A stretch of 64,000 nt of DNA from an uncultured Acidobacteriota bacterium. Its GTDB lineage: Bacteria > Acidobacteriota > UBA6911. The first letter of the stretch is position 1. Every line of letters starts with the position of its first letter. The translations under genes were made by a program, and so were the position numbers. Positions 22,640 to 31,893 of the stretch are shown piece after piece. Location: positions 52,778-116,777 of the forward strand of contig CAWHCF010000042.1 in the NCBI GenBank assembly GCA_963827655.1, written 5' to 3'. The notes beneath the pieces were generated by a model that saw only the letters and a list, made by a program, of their open reading frames with translations, had not been told where the DNA came from and made no database searches.

Positions 22640-25144
22640 TCAAGGCCCGGTTTGCGGCAAGACCGCGGACAGCGAGGTTAGATCGTGGGTTCCAAACAGG
22701 GCAAAACCGGCGATTGCCCGGTCCGCCGACACCTTGACATAACCGCCCCGATGGCTTTGTCCCCGGATGCCCGGAAAATACTCGGTCAATAACCGTGATC
22801 TTCGCCCGCCCGCCGGAATTGTCTCGCGCGTCGCAGCAATCCGCGCACCCAGGCGGTCGAAGATTTCCACGAGGGCGCCGGCTGGGTTCTCGCTCGGATT
22901 GAGAATGGCGATACCGGTAAAGTAGGTTTCATCCGATGCTACCTGGCCGAACGTGAAGGATCCGTGCAAAGTCGAAACCAGCGGGAGCGCCGAAGAAAAT
23001 GTAGCTCGGTCCGAATCACTAAAGACGACGGACCCGCTCAGCGCCAGTCCGTCACTCGTTATCTCGACATGCCCCTGGACCACGGACGATCCCGGATTCA
23101 AGAAGAAATTCTGGTCTGCTACCCAGAGCTTCCCTCTTGCAGGCAACGGCAGATCGGTTCGGGTTGCGATGGTCGTTCCGTCTTCGCCCGCCAATCGAAG
23201 CGTCACTTTACCCGCCCTCGGTTCGAGATTGACGATCGAGATCGCGCTGCGCCAGGAACCTCCGATCACGTACTGCGGCGCGTAGAGTTTCGAGCTTCCG
23301 CGGCTTGCATCCTGGCCGTTGAGACACTGAATATAGCGGCCAGTCTTGCCCAGCAGCTCGAAAGGAACCACACCACTGTTGGAAGTACCCCGGATGTAGT
23401 CGGAACCCGCTGCAACTACGCCGGGGAAAAGCGTCGCGACGGTCGGCGCGAGCGCCCCGTTGGGATTAATGTGTTGAACGGCTGTCGAGCGGGGCAGACC
23501 GTCCGCCCTCACCAGATGCAACTCGACGGACGCCGCCCGGTCGCCCGGATTGACGAGATGGAGTTGCGTATACCCGACATCCTCGATCTCCGGCGCTATG
23601 AATGACGTCATCGTGGTACCCGAGGCGTCGGCGCCATCGAGAATCGAAAGAGTGCGGTCGAAAATGAGGAAAGAGGCGGCGGGCTGGCCTCCCGCGCTGT
23701 CGACCCGGCACCAGCCTGGCGGTTTTTTCTCCTCCAGGGCTATGCCGAAAAGCTCGTGATCGAGCAGTGAGACTTGAGCTCCGGACGGCAGTTCCCTGAA
23801 GCTCGGATTCTCGATGCCCGATCCGCGAATCCGCGCCCCGGCGCTGTCAAAAATCGTGAAAGCCAGCGACGACGTCGTGCTGCCCATATTCGTCAGCGCG
23901 ATCCCCAGGTATTCGCCGTCATCGCCCTCCACATTCCCCAGTCGAGGGAAATAGATCGATGCCGGATTGGCCAGATCGGGATTAATGATGCGGTCCACGG
24001 TGCCATCTATGCCGACAACATAAATCTCCCCTGCCTGGTCTTCTCCAAAGGAAGCTATTCTGCGGTCCGTTTTGAGAACAAGAGTCTGAACTCCTCTTTC
24101 CAGCAGAAAGATCTCTCCCGAGCAATAGTCCCCGAAGACATAGGATCCTGTGGGCAGGCTGAATTTTGCGCCGCGATAGACGTATCCTCCGGTGATCGAG
24201 CAACGATCGCCGGTGTGCCCGTACTCGGCAATCGGCGGAATGAAGCCGCTCGGGTCACACGAGGTTGAATTGCATCGCGTCCCCTCGAAGATGTCCCAGC
24301 CATAGTTGCCGCCGAGCGAAACGATGTCGATCTCTTCCATGTCAAACTGCCCCACATCCGCAGCGTAGAGTTCTCCGGTCTTCTGGTCGAAGGAGAACCG
24401 CCAGGGGTTCCGAAATCCGGAGGCAAAGATTTCATCCCGCCCGGGGATCGGGCCGAAATAAGGATTGTCCGGCGGAGACGAATACGGTTTATCGGGGCTC
24501 TCGGGCCGATCTACGTCGATGCGCGAAATCTTTCCCAGCAGGTGTCCCTTGTTCTGGACATGATCCGCCGGATCAGTCCAGCCGCCACCGTCGCCCATCC
24601 CGATATAGAGATACCCGTCCGCCCCGAACTCGATCATGCCGCCGTTGTGATTGGTAAACGGGTGCGGCACTGTGAGCAGAACGGCTTCGCCGGGCTGCGC
24701 GACATTGACATCCGAGGACGAAGCGCGGTATTCAGCCACGACAATCGCCCCATCCGGGCGGCGCGTATAGTACACAAAGAACCGCCGGTTGGCGGCAAAC
24801 TGCGGGTGGAAGGCCAATCCCAGCAACCCTTGCTCACCGCCCGAGAGTACCTTCGAGCTGATGTCGAGAAACAACTCCGGCGTTTTCGCTCCCGGCTGAA
24901 GCAATTTGATGGTACCGGGCTGCTCGACGATAAAAAGCCGGTTACTGTTGTCACGCGCATGGGTGACGTACAGCGGTTCGGTCAGGCCCGTAGTCAGGAC
25001 GGCTTCCAGGGCGATACGGGGGAGGGGCTCCTGCAAGTTCGGTGCGGCTGGCGCGTAACGCGCCCGATAAAGCCTCGGTAATGCGACGGTCCAGGTACCC
25101 AGGCAGATCAGGAGGAGCGCAGCTCGTGTGACGGTGCCGTTCAT
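22640..25144 (-). CDS. PQQ-dependent sugar (glucose/sorbosone) dehydrogenase domain fused to a repeated C-terminal beta-rich region
   Basis: GEQGLLGLAFHP, NHNGG, DGYLYIGMGDGG, GFRNPWRFSFD, DVGQ...EEID, GGNYGW, SITGGYVYRG. Confidence 0.88.
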   Translation of the reverse strand: MNGTVTRAALLLICLGTWTVALPRLYRARYAPAAPNLQEPLPRIALEAVLTTGLTEPLYVTHARDNSNRLFIVEQPGTIKLLQPGAKTPELFLDISSKVLSGGEQGLLGLAFHPQFAANRRFFVYYTRRPDGAIVVAEYRASSSDVNVAQPGEAVLLTVPHPFTNHNGGMIEFGADGYLYIGMGDGGGWTDPADHVQNKGHLLGKISRIDVDRPESPDKPYSSPPDNPYFGPIPGRDEIFASGFRNPWRFSFDQKTGELYAADVGQFDMEEIDIVSLGGNYGWDIFEGTRCNSTSCDPSGFIPPIAEYGHTGDRCSITGGYVYRGAKFSLPTGSYVFGDYCSGEIFLLERGVQTLVLKTDRRIASFGEDQAGEIYVVGIDGTVDRIINPDLANPASIYFPRLGNVEGDDGEYLGIALTNMGSTTSSLAFTIFDSAGARIRGSGIENPSFRELPSGAQVSLLDHELFGIALEEKKPPGWCRVDSAGGQPAASFLIFDRTLSILDGADASGTTMTSFIAPEIEDVGYTQLHLVNPGDRAASVELHLVRADGLPRSTAVQHINPNGALAPTVATLFPGVVAAGSDYIRGTSNSGVVPFELLGKTGRYIQCLNGQDASRGSSKLYAPQYVIGGSWRSAISIVNLEPRAGKVTLRLAGEDGTTIATRTDLPLPARGKLWVADQNFFLNPGSSVVQGHVEITSDGLALSGSVVFSDSDRATFSSALPLVSTLHGSFTFGQVASDETYFTGIAILNPSENPAGALVEIFDRLGARIAATRETIPAGGRRSRLLTEYFPGIRGQSHRGGYVKVSADRAIAGFALFGTHDLTSLSAVLPQTGP

Positions 25145-25172
25145 AGCTCTCGTGTCCAGCCAGTCTTGCTGA

Positions 25173-25784
25173 TCAGGTTCCCACCGTGACCTGAATCGGA
25201 GCGCTGAGTTGGAGCTTGCCCCACGCGATCGTCAGCTTCACGTCCTTCGGAGTCTCTTTGGCATAAGACAACGTGAGAGTCAGTTTTTCACTGCTTCCCT
25301 TTCCCTGCTCGACGGTCATCGGAATTTCGAATTCAACCGGCGCGCGTTCAATCTGGAACGCGTCGAGGCGCGCGCTGCGGACCTTCGAAGGATCGATGAA
25401 GACCAGACTCCACGCCGCGCCGTCTGCCGATCGGCGCAGGCCAAGGTAATAGTAGCCCGCCGAGACATTCCTGGCGCCAATCTTCAGCGGCAGCTGAGTA
25501 TCGAGAACCGTCCAGAAGTTGCTGCCGAGCCGCCATACTTTCCCCTTGGTCAATTGGTCAAACTTCGCAGGATCGTCGTAGTCCTTCTTCCAGGCAGGCC
25601 GACCGTAGTCAATCGCGAATTGTCCGTGAGCCGTATCCTGTCGCGGATTCCAGTACAGAACCCGAGCCAGGCCCCGCTCCTGCAGGCCTCCATCTTCTCC
25701 GATGAGGGCCGGCTTCTGCGCTTGAGCGTAAGCAACGGCCGGAACGAGAGAGAGAATTGCTATTGCCGAGACGAGACGTCGCAT
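25173..25784 (-). CDS. DUF2911-like secreted protein
   Basis: Signal peptide; IDYGRP, VWRLGSN, AGYY, LTIAWG. Confidence 0.72.
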   Translation of the reverse strand: MRRLVSAIAILSLVPAVAYAQAQKPALIGEDGGLQERGLARVLYWNPRQDTAHGQFAIDYGRPAWKKDYDDPAKFDQLTKGKVWRLGSNFWTVLDTQLPLKIGARNVSAGYYYLGLRRSADGAAWSLVFIDPSKVRSARLDAFQIERAPVEFEIPMTVEQGKGSSEKLTLTLSYAKETPKDVKLTIAWGKLQLSAPIQVTVGT

Positions 25785-25846
25785 TATTTTCTCCTGAACG
25801 AACGGCTGAATAGCGAACATAACCGAAAGGAACTTCACCCCGGGCG

Positions 25847-26317
25847 CTAGGACCGGACGCCGGCGGGTTTCTGGCTGCCACCGGCAATGACGTAGATAAA
25901 CGATCCTATACCCCACAGGACAATGGTGAAAACGATGGCGGCAATGGTGTGACCGGCGATATGTTCCCAGGGACTGAAGGCTCCGCCGTGAGCAGGATCC
26001 GTATAGTAAGTGTCGATTCCGCCGAAATCATCGATCAGGATGCCCGCAACGATGAACCCCAGCATCGAAAGCGAAAGCACCGCCGCGAACCCAAGAACGT
26101 CCCGATAGGTACCCGCTGTGCGAATGACTCTCATGGTGTAGATAAGCATCAGAATGGGCTGCACAATGGTCACGCTGGCGAACAACGTCCCTTTTTCATA
26201 AGGGATGCCGAAGACCGGCTTGAGCAAAAAGCGGATCAGTGACACCACAAAGAGCAGAGCGATCCCGAATTGGGCCTCCTTCGCGTACGCTATGAACGGC
26301 TTGTCGAGAATCTTCAT
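25847..26317 (-). CDS. Hypothetical membrane protein (about 4 TM helices)
   Basis: Four hydrophobic segments; GAGGAG RBS. Confidence 0.7.
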   Translation of the reverse strand: MKILDKPFIAYAKEAQFGIALLFVVSLIRFLLKPVFGIPYEKGTLFASVTIVQPILMLIYTMRVIRTAGTYRDVLGFAAVLSLSMLGFIVAGILIDDFGGIDTYYTDPAHGGAFSPWEHIAGHTIAAIVFTIVLWGIGSFIYVIAGGSQKPAGVRS

Positions 26318-26482
26318 GGCTTCTCTCCTCAAGCCAGGGGCGCGCCTCGGGGTAGCCCGCGGGATTTGGCCCCGGTTGACATGAGTCGAATGCTACCGCC
26401 ACACTCTCGGCGCTTGCAATTGTTTTTGGAGTTTCTTTAAAGGCGCGAATTCAGTCGTGAGTCAATCGATGATGCAGAATTT

Positions 26483-26515
26483 CAATCCGCAATCCGCAAT
26501 CTGCAATCCGCAATC
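26483..26515. repeat. Heptamer tandem repeat (CAATCCG)n
   Basis: caatccg caatccg caatctg caatccg caatc, just past the HEAT gene stop. Confidence 0.85.
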
Positions 26516-26518
26516 GGT

Positions 26519-27623
26519 TCAGCGGGTGAGGATTTCTTCGAAGAATGCGAGGGCGCGCGCGTCTTTCGATTGGCCCAGCCAGAAGATGGCCTGCCGCCGA
26601 ACGGCCGGATTTCGATTGGTGCGGGCAACCTGGATCAGCAGTGGTATTCCTTCGTCTCTGGGAAGCTGGCTCAACGCAAAAACCGCTTTTTTCTTTACCT
26701 CGGTTTCAGGATCCATTTCGATGGCTTCGGTGATCGCCTCCGCCGCCCTCTTCCCGGCCCGTTGACCGAGCCAGAACAAGGCCTGTCCGCGAACGCGGCT
26801 GCTCCTGTCATTGCGCGCGGTTTCGATCATGCTCGTCAGAGCCTCCGGCTCCTTGCTCTGAGACAGGGCGAAAACGATTTTTTCGCGCACCCGATCGCTC
26901 GGATCTCTGTCCAACGCCTGGCGGAGGATTTCGTATCCGCGCCGTCCGCGCGCGTTGCCCAACCAGAAGGCAGCGCGTTCCCGCAGTGATTCGGGCTGAC
27001 CGGCGGCCATGAATTGTTCAAGGGTCCGATCCGCCGCGGGCCCGTTGTGGAATGCGATTGCCGTGACCGCCGAATCACTCAGCCGCCGGCCCTCCTTTTC
27101 AAGGAGGGTGGCAAAGGAGCTGAGCCACGCGATGCTCTCGTCCGGACCAACGCCCGTGAGCCAGTGAAAAGCCAGGCCGCCGGCATCCAGCTCGCATTCT
27201 TCGGAGAAGGAACGAATCTTGTCTACCCGGCCCTGCTCGATGCGATAGAGCACGAGAAGCTGCCGGCCGCCTTCCAGCCTTACGGGTCCTGGAACCCGCG
27301 TGGAGCTGTCGGATTTCCCTCCTTCGAGCCGGCATCCGCCGCAGCACCCTGAAGAGCAGCACATCTGGTGCTCACCGGGAATTTTGGGGACGCTGTATCC
27401 CACCCACGCCGGCTCCTGGCCGGCGGCGAGCAAGGAGCGAAATTCCCGCTCCAGGCCGGCAGCGGCGGACCGGGTCTGAAGCTTTGCATTCGCGAGCCGC
27501 GGCTCCTGCGCAAGCATCGAACCTGCGCTTGCGACGGTTGTCGGGTCTAGCAATTCCAAAAGCAAAAGCCACCACTAAGACACGAAGACACCAAGAAACA
27601 CGAAGCAACGAGCACGGATTCAT
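26519..27623 (-). CDS. HEAT-repeat protein with N-terminal Cys cluster, +1 frameshift near 27544
   Basis: ATG 27623 overlaps upstream TGA; removing one C links MNPCSLLRVSWCLRVLVVAFAFGIARP to TTVASAGSMLAQ; repeated VR..A.FWLGQ / VFALSQ units; CCSSGCCGGC. Confidence 0.8.
27566..27606. repeat. Family-1 repeat arm lying inside the predicted signal-peptide codons
   Basis: aagccaccactaagacacgaagacaccaagaaacacgaagc. Confidence 0.8.
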
Positions 27624-28892
27624 TTCTTCAAGATCTCCATGAGGTAATCGACTGCTTCCTTCGATCTCATAAGCGATAGTTTGCCCACGATTTCTTTCTT
27701 CAATTCCATGTCGGTCTCTTTTTTTGCCAGGCTTATGAGGGCTGACGCATTGCCCTGGATGAAGAGGCCCTGAATCACCGCCTTCCGAACCGCCGTATCC
27801 TTCTCGGCTTCATACAGTGACACCAGCGTGTCGCCGGTCCTGCGTTGAGCCCATGATTCCCAGGTTGCGGATCGCCGCCAGCCGCAGCTTGGGTTCTTTT
27901 TCACTTCGGGCCACCTCGATCAGACGCTCGGCGTTGCCGCTGATGAACATCGAATGCAGTATCTTCTCCTTGACCTCGACCGAACTCTCGGCCTGGTAAA
28001 GCTCCGATAACTCGGTGCGCGCGCCCATGACTCCGAGCTGGTGGATGGCTTCGGCGCGTAACTCGGGGCTGGCTTCCCCCTTGGCGGCCGCCAGCAGTCT
28101 CTCGCGATCGCCGGAGACCATGAAACTGTGCAGGATTCTCCGCTTCACCTCTCTATCGGAGGACGACGCATAGATCTCCGCCAGCAACTGGCGATTTTCC
28201 TTGTTTCCATAGATACCGAGGTAGTTCAACGCCTTCATCTGCAGATCGGGATTGGAACTTCCCCGGGCAAACTGGGCCACCACCTCTCGGGCGCGGGGAG
28301 AGTTGCTCTGAGTGAGCACAAACAAGGCGCGCTCTTTCAGCTTGGGCGACTGATTTCCCTGCAGGAGTTTCTCCAGCATCGGGACGGCGCGTTCGGCGTC
28401 GGTGTTTAGCAGTGCGTTGATGGCGATTAACTTGAGTTCCTCGTCTGATTCACCTTCGGGCGCAACGGGTTGACCCGAGGCTTGCCGGATCTCGACTTCG
28501 AGCACTTTGGCCTCATTCAGCCAGCGGCTGCTGGGAAAGTCCTTCATGAGCTGGCCCAGCGTGGTCAGCGCTTCCGCCCTCTGCCCCTGCTTGTTCTGGG
28601 CGTAGGCTTTCCAATAGAGCGCTCCGTCGACGCGGCGTCCCCCCAGCTTGACGGCCTCGCTGAAGGCTTCGACGGCACGGTCCCAACGATTTTCTTGCAA
28701 TGCGCTCGTGCCGCGTTCGTAATACCTGTCCTCTTGCGAGTCTTGCTCGAAATCGAATGGCATGAAAAGCGCCGCCGCAAACGCCGGATTGGCGGGAAAC
28801 GCCGGGGCTTCCGCCCGCGCATCCGTCACCATATCCTGGGCGGGCAAGGCCGCGACCACGAGAAGAGTGAGTGTCTTTTCCATCCAGTTCAT
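27620..28892 (-). CDS. Secreted TPR + HEAT-repeat protein, +1 frameshift near 27846
   Basis: Signal peptide; ALYWKAYA, FPSSRWL; LKERALFVL and further HEAT units; corrected join LGIMGS-RRTGDTLVSLYE. Confidence 0.82.
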
Positions 28893-28905
28893 TGATTGCT
28901 CCAGC

Positions 28906-29661
28906 TCATAGAGTTCTCCGGGCAAGCTCGCGGATAGCTGCTTGTTCGCGCTCCCGCACCTGCGAACCGATAACTCGGACCTTGAAGATGATTTCCCCTT
29001 CGGCAATCCTGCGGCGGATCTGATTGAAATCCGCGGCCGAAATTGTTGAGGGACTGTTGGCAACCTCGAGCAAAACCCGCTCCAACTCCTCGAGCACGGT
29101 CGCAAGAGCCACTTCGCCTGCGCCGGCAGCGGCCTGACGGTAAATGCGATTGGAGGTAATCAGGTCTCGCACTCGAGACTGCTGATCGCCAATGTCGAGG
29201 GTCAACTCGAAGTCGGCGTTGACAAACTCGATCAAAGCCATCTGCGAACGCTCCAGGTGTTCGCCCACCTCAAATAGCAGAATTCGATGGCGGACTTGCT
29301 CCGATACAAGCTGGGGCGGCGCGACCTCCGGTCTGGACCAAAAGCGCCCGATCAGGAAGGCCAGCACGATGAGGGCCGCCACCGATGCCACCGCAACCCA
29401 TCGGGAAGGCTGCAGGAAAGCCCGCCAGCGGTAGCCGGAGCGCTCCGGGAGCCTGGACCGCAGTCGCTGCCATACCTCGGCTCCGTAACCTTCCGTCCGC
29501 TCCGGGACTTTTACTCTATCCAGAATGCCCAGGGCGTCGCGCAGACTCTGATAATTGGCCCGGCAGGAATTGCAGGAAGCCACGTGCTCCCGGATACCGG
29601 GCAAGTCGTCCGCCTCTCCGTAGTGGTAAAGGACCAGCTGTTCTTCGCTGAGATGTTTCAT
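28906..29661 (-). CDS. Zinc-finger (ZAS) transmembrane anti-sigma factor
   Basis: MKHLSEEQLV..HVASCNSC (HxxxCxxC), one TM helix, ATGA overlap with sigma stop. Confidence 0.85.
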   Translation of the reverse strand: MKHLSEEQLVLYHYGEADDLPGIREHVASCNSCRANYQSLRDALGILDRVKVPERTEGYGAEVWQRLRSRLPERSGYRWRAFLQPSRWVAVASVAALIVLAFLIGRFWSRPEVAPPQLVSEQVRHRILLFEVGEHLERSQMALIEFVNADFELTLDIGDQQSRVRDLITSNRIYRQAAAGAGEVALATVLEELERVLLEVANSPSTISAADFNQIRRRIAEGEIIFKVRVIGSQVREREQAAIRELARRTL

Positions 29662-30236
29662 GTTCGTATAACACTCATGACCGGCTCGAGCGCCCGGCGC
29701 ATCTTGCGCACCGCGCGAAATATGCTGTGTTTGGTAGCGTTGGCGCGCAGTCCGAGCGCGCGCCCCACCTCTCGAATCGACATTCCTTCGAAGTGACGCA
29801 GCACGAACGCCGATCGCTCCATCGGACTCAGGCATTCCAGTGCCGAGAGCACGATTTCCTGAAGTTCCGCGGCATAGACCTCGCGGTCAGGCCCCGGCAC
29901 ACTGCCGACCAGCGAGGGCATGTTACCCGCCTGTTCCGGATCCATCGGGTCGCGGCGATCCTCGTGCCGCCGCCGGCTGCGCATCAAGTCCAATGAACAG
30001 TTAACGCCGATACGATAGAGCCACGTCCCAAAGTTTGCGCGCGCCTCAAATCGATTCAATTGACGGTAAGCTCGCAGGAATGTCTCCTGAACCACGTCCT
30101 CAGCGTCTGATTCGCTCCCGGTCATCCGGTACGCCAGTCGGAAGATGCTGCGGCTGTGACGTTCTACGAGCGCGCGAAAGGCCTCATCGTCGCCGGCGCG
30201 CGCCCGAGACACAACAGCTGCATCAAATTCCTCCAT
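29658..30236 (-). CDS. ECF RNA polymerase sigma factor
   Basis: GDDEAFRALVERH, DAEDVVQETFLRAY, FGTWLYRI, region 4 LSPMERSAFVLRHFEGMSIREV; alternative start 30245. Confidence 0.93.
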   Translation of the reverse strand: MEEFDAAVVSRARAGDDEAFRALVERHSRSIFRLAYRMTGSESDAEDVVQETFLRAYRQLNRFEARANFGTWLYRIGVNCSLDLMRSRRRHEDRRDPMDPEQAGNMPSLVGSVPGPDREVYAAELQEIVLSALECLSPMERSAFVLRHFEGMSIREVGRALGLRANATKHSIFRAVRKMRRALEPVMSVIRT

Positions 30237-30245
30237 CGTTTCCAT

Positions 30246-30274
30246 TAGACGGTTCGGGTCCGTTCCGGTTAGTC
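30246..30274 (-). promoter_or_regulatory. Putative autoregulatory ECF promoter
   Basis: Minus strand GACTAAC-N16-CGTCTA just upstream of the sigma ATG; matches the generic ECF AAC/CGT(C) pattern. Confidence 0.5.
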
Positions 30275-30355
30275 TCCGATGCAAAGAATCTTATTATCGT
30301 CGATTTCCCACCCCAAGACGCAAAGACCCGGCGCGGCCTTCAGCTGCAACCAAAG

Positions 30356-30394
30356 TCTTAGTGTTTCTTCGTGTCTTCGTGTCTTTGTGGTTAG
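30356..30394. repeat. Family-1 repeat, left arm (partial right arm at ~30312-30327)
   Basis: tcttagtgtttcttcgtgtcttcgtgtctttgtggttag. Confidence 0.8.
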
Positions 30395-30571
30395 CGCCGC
30401 GAAGCCGCGGCAAAAACGCGATTCTTTCGTGGATAAGGGTTGAGCTTTCGCGTTCGTTATCTCATGATACAAGTGATTTCTCTGTGCTCGATACTCAGAG
30501 AAAATTAGATCGATGAAAAGATTGCGACTCGCACTGATTATGGTAACGTTCTTTCTGGACCAAGAAGAGAC

Positions 30572-31540
30572 ATGATCGGCGAGGAAATCGGCGGGTACAC
30601 AATTCTGGAGAATCTCGGCACCGGGACTATGGGAACGGTGTACAAGGCCGAAGATCTTGCAACCCATCGCGTGGTAGCCGTAAAGGTTGTCCGGTCTCAA
30701 GTCCTGTATGACCGTGAAAAGCGGGAGCGATTTCTGCAGGGGCTACTGGCCGCGGCCGAGTTGAAGCACGACAAGATCTGCCCGATTCTGGAAATTGGTG
30801 ATGAGGATGACGACTTCTATGTGGCCATGCCCTTTCTCAAAGGGACGACGCTCAAACAACAGATTGAGCGCAAGCGTTTGAACTGGGAACAGGCCCTCGA
30901 AATCGCGCTTGCCGTAGGAGAAGCTCTCGCCGTGGGACATGCCGGCGGAGCCGTGCATCGAGGGTTAAAACCGGCCAACGTCTGGCTAAGAAGCGATGGC
31001 ACGGTGCTGGTGACCGACTTCAACATGGCTCGGTTCACCGAAATCGATCGGCAGACAGGGTCGAAGGTGAAGAGCGATTTCGCGGACACGGTCATTCCAA
31101 TGGCCGCCCTTGCCTACATGTCGCCCGAACAGATCAGAGGGGATCCCGTAGATTATCGAACGGACATTTTTTCTTTCGGCGTAGTCCTTTACGAAATGCT
31201 CTCGGGGCATCACCCTTTTGAATCCCGGAACTCGCTCTCGAGAATGAGCGCGATCTTGAATGAAAATCCCTCTCTGGTGAGTGCCAGGGGCCGGCCGGTC
31301 CCGGCCGAGTTAGATCCGATTCTCGACAAGGTGCTCGCGAAATCTCCACAGAATCGCTATCAGAGCATTGATGACTTGCTGCCTGAGCTTCGACGCATTC
31401 GGGAGCAGAGCTCCGTACCTGCCGCTCAACACTCACATTCTCCGCGCAATCCAGAGGAGCAGCCCCCGGCATACGCGGCTTACGTCTTGCTGGCAGCGGT
31501 TCTGATATTGCTCGGCATCGTCGCTTACCTTCTTCTGTAG
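30572..31540 (+). CDS. Hanks-type Ser/Thr kinase-like protein with C-terminal TM anchor; probable pseudokinase
   Basis: LGTGTMGTVY, VAVK, YMSPEQ, DIFSFGV present, but HRG replaces HRD and DFN replaces DFG. Confidence 0.85.
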   Translation: MIGEEIGGYTILENLGTGTMGTVYKAEDLATHRVVAVKVVRSQVLYDREKRERFLQGLLAAAELKHDKICPILEIGDEDDDFYVAMPFLKGTTLKQQIERKRLNWEQALEIALAVGEALAVGHAGGAVHRGLKPANVWLRSDGTVLVTDFNMARFTEIDRQTGSKVKSDFADTVIPMAALAYMSPEQIRGDPVDYRTDIFSFGVVLYEMLSGHHPFESRNSLSRMSAILNENPSLVSARGRPVPAELDPILDKVLAKSPQNRYQSIDDLLPELRRIREQSSVPAAQHSHSPRNPEEQPPAYAAYVLLAAVLILLGIVAYLLL

Positions 31541-31560
31541 CTCTTGCGCTACTCCTCATT

Positions 31561-31642
31561 TCAGTGTTTCTTCGTGTCTTTGTGGTTAGAGCTGTCTAAC
31601 AAATACCACGAAGACTCAAAGACACGAAGAAACACCAAGAAT
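31561..31642. repeat. Family-1 palindromic repeat, full form
   Basis: gtgtttcttcgtgtctttgtggt-tagagctgtctaacaaat-accacgaagactcaaagacacgaagaaacaccaagaa. Confidence 0.88.
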
Positions 31643-31670
31643 CTTGGTTTCTACCTGCTAGAATTGGCTG

Positions 31671-31868
31671 ATGATCAAGTTTCTGCTCTGGTGCATCTTG
31701 CTGGTTCTGTGTTGGCCGCTGGCTCTGCTGGCGTTGATCTTGTACCCGATCGTTTGGCTTCTCTTGCTCCCATTTCGCCTCATCGGCATTGCCGTCGGAG
31801 GCGTTCTCGAGTTCATCGGAGCTGTCATCACACTGCCGGCGAGACTCTTGAAGAAGTCGGTTGCTTGA
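31671..31868 (+). CDS. Small hydrophobic membrane protein
   Basis: 65 aa, MIKFLLWCILLVLCWPLALLALILYP..LPFRL, in otherwise empty space. Confidence 0.7.
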   Translation: MIKFLLWCILLVLCWPLALLALILYPIVWLLLLPFRLIGIAVGGVLEFIGAVITLPARLLKKSVA

Positions 31869-31893
31869 GATTTACAGGACATCATCCAGTCAC

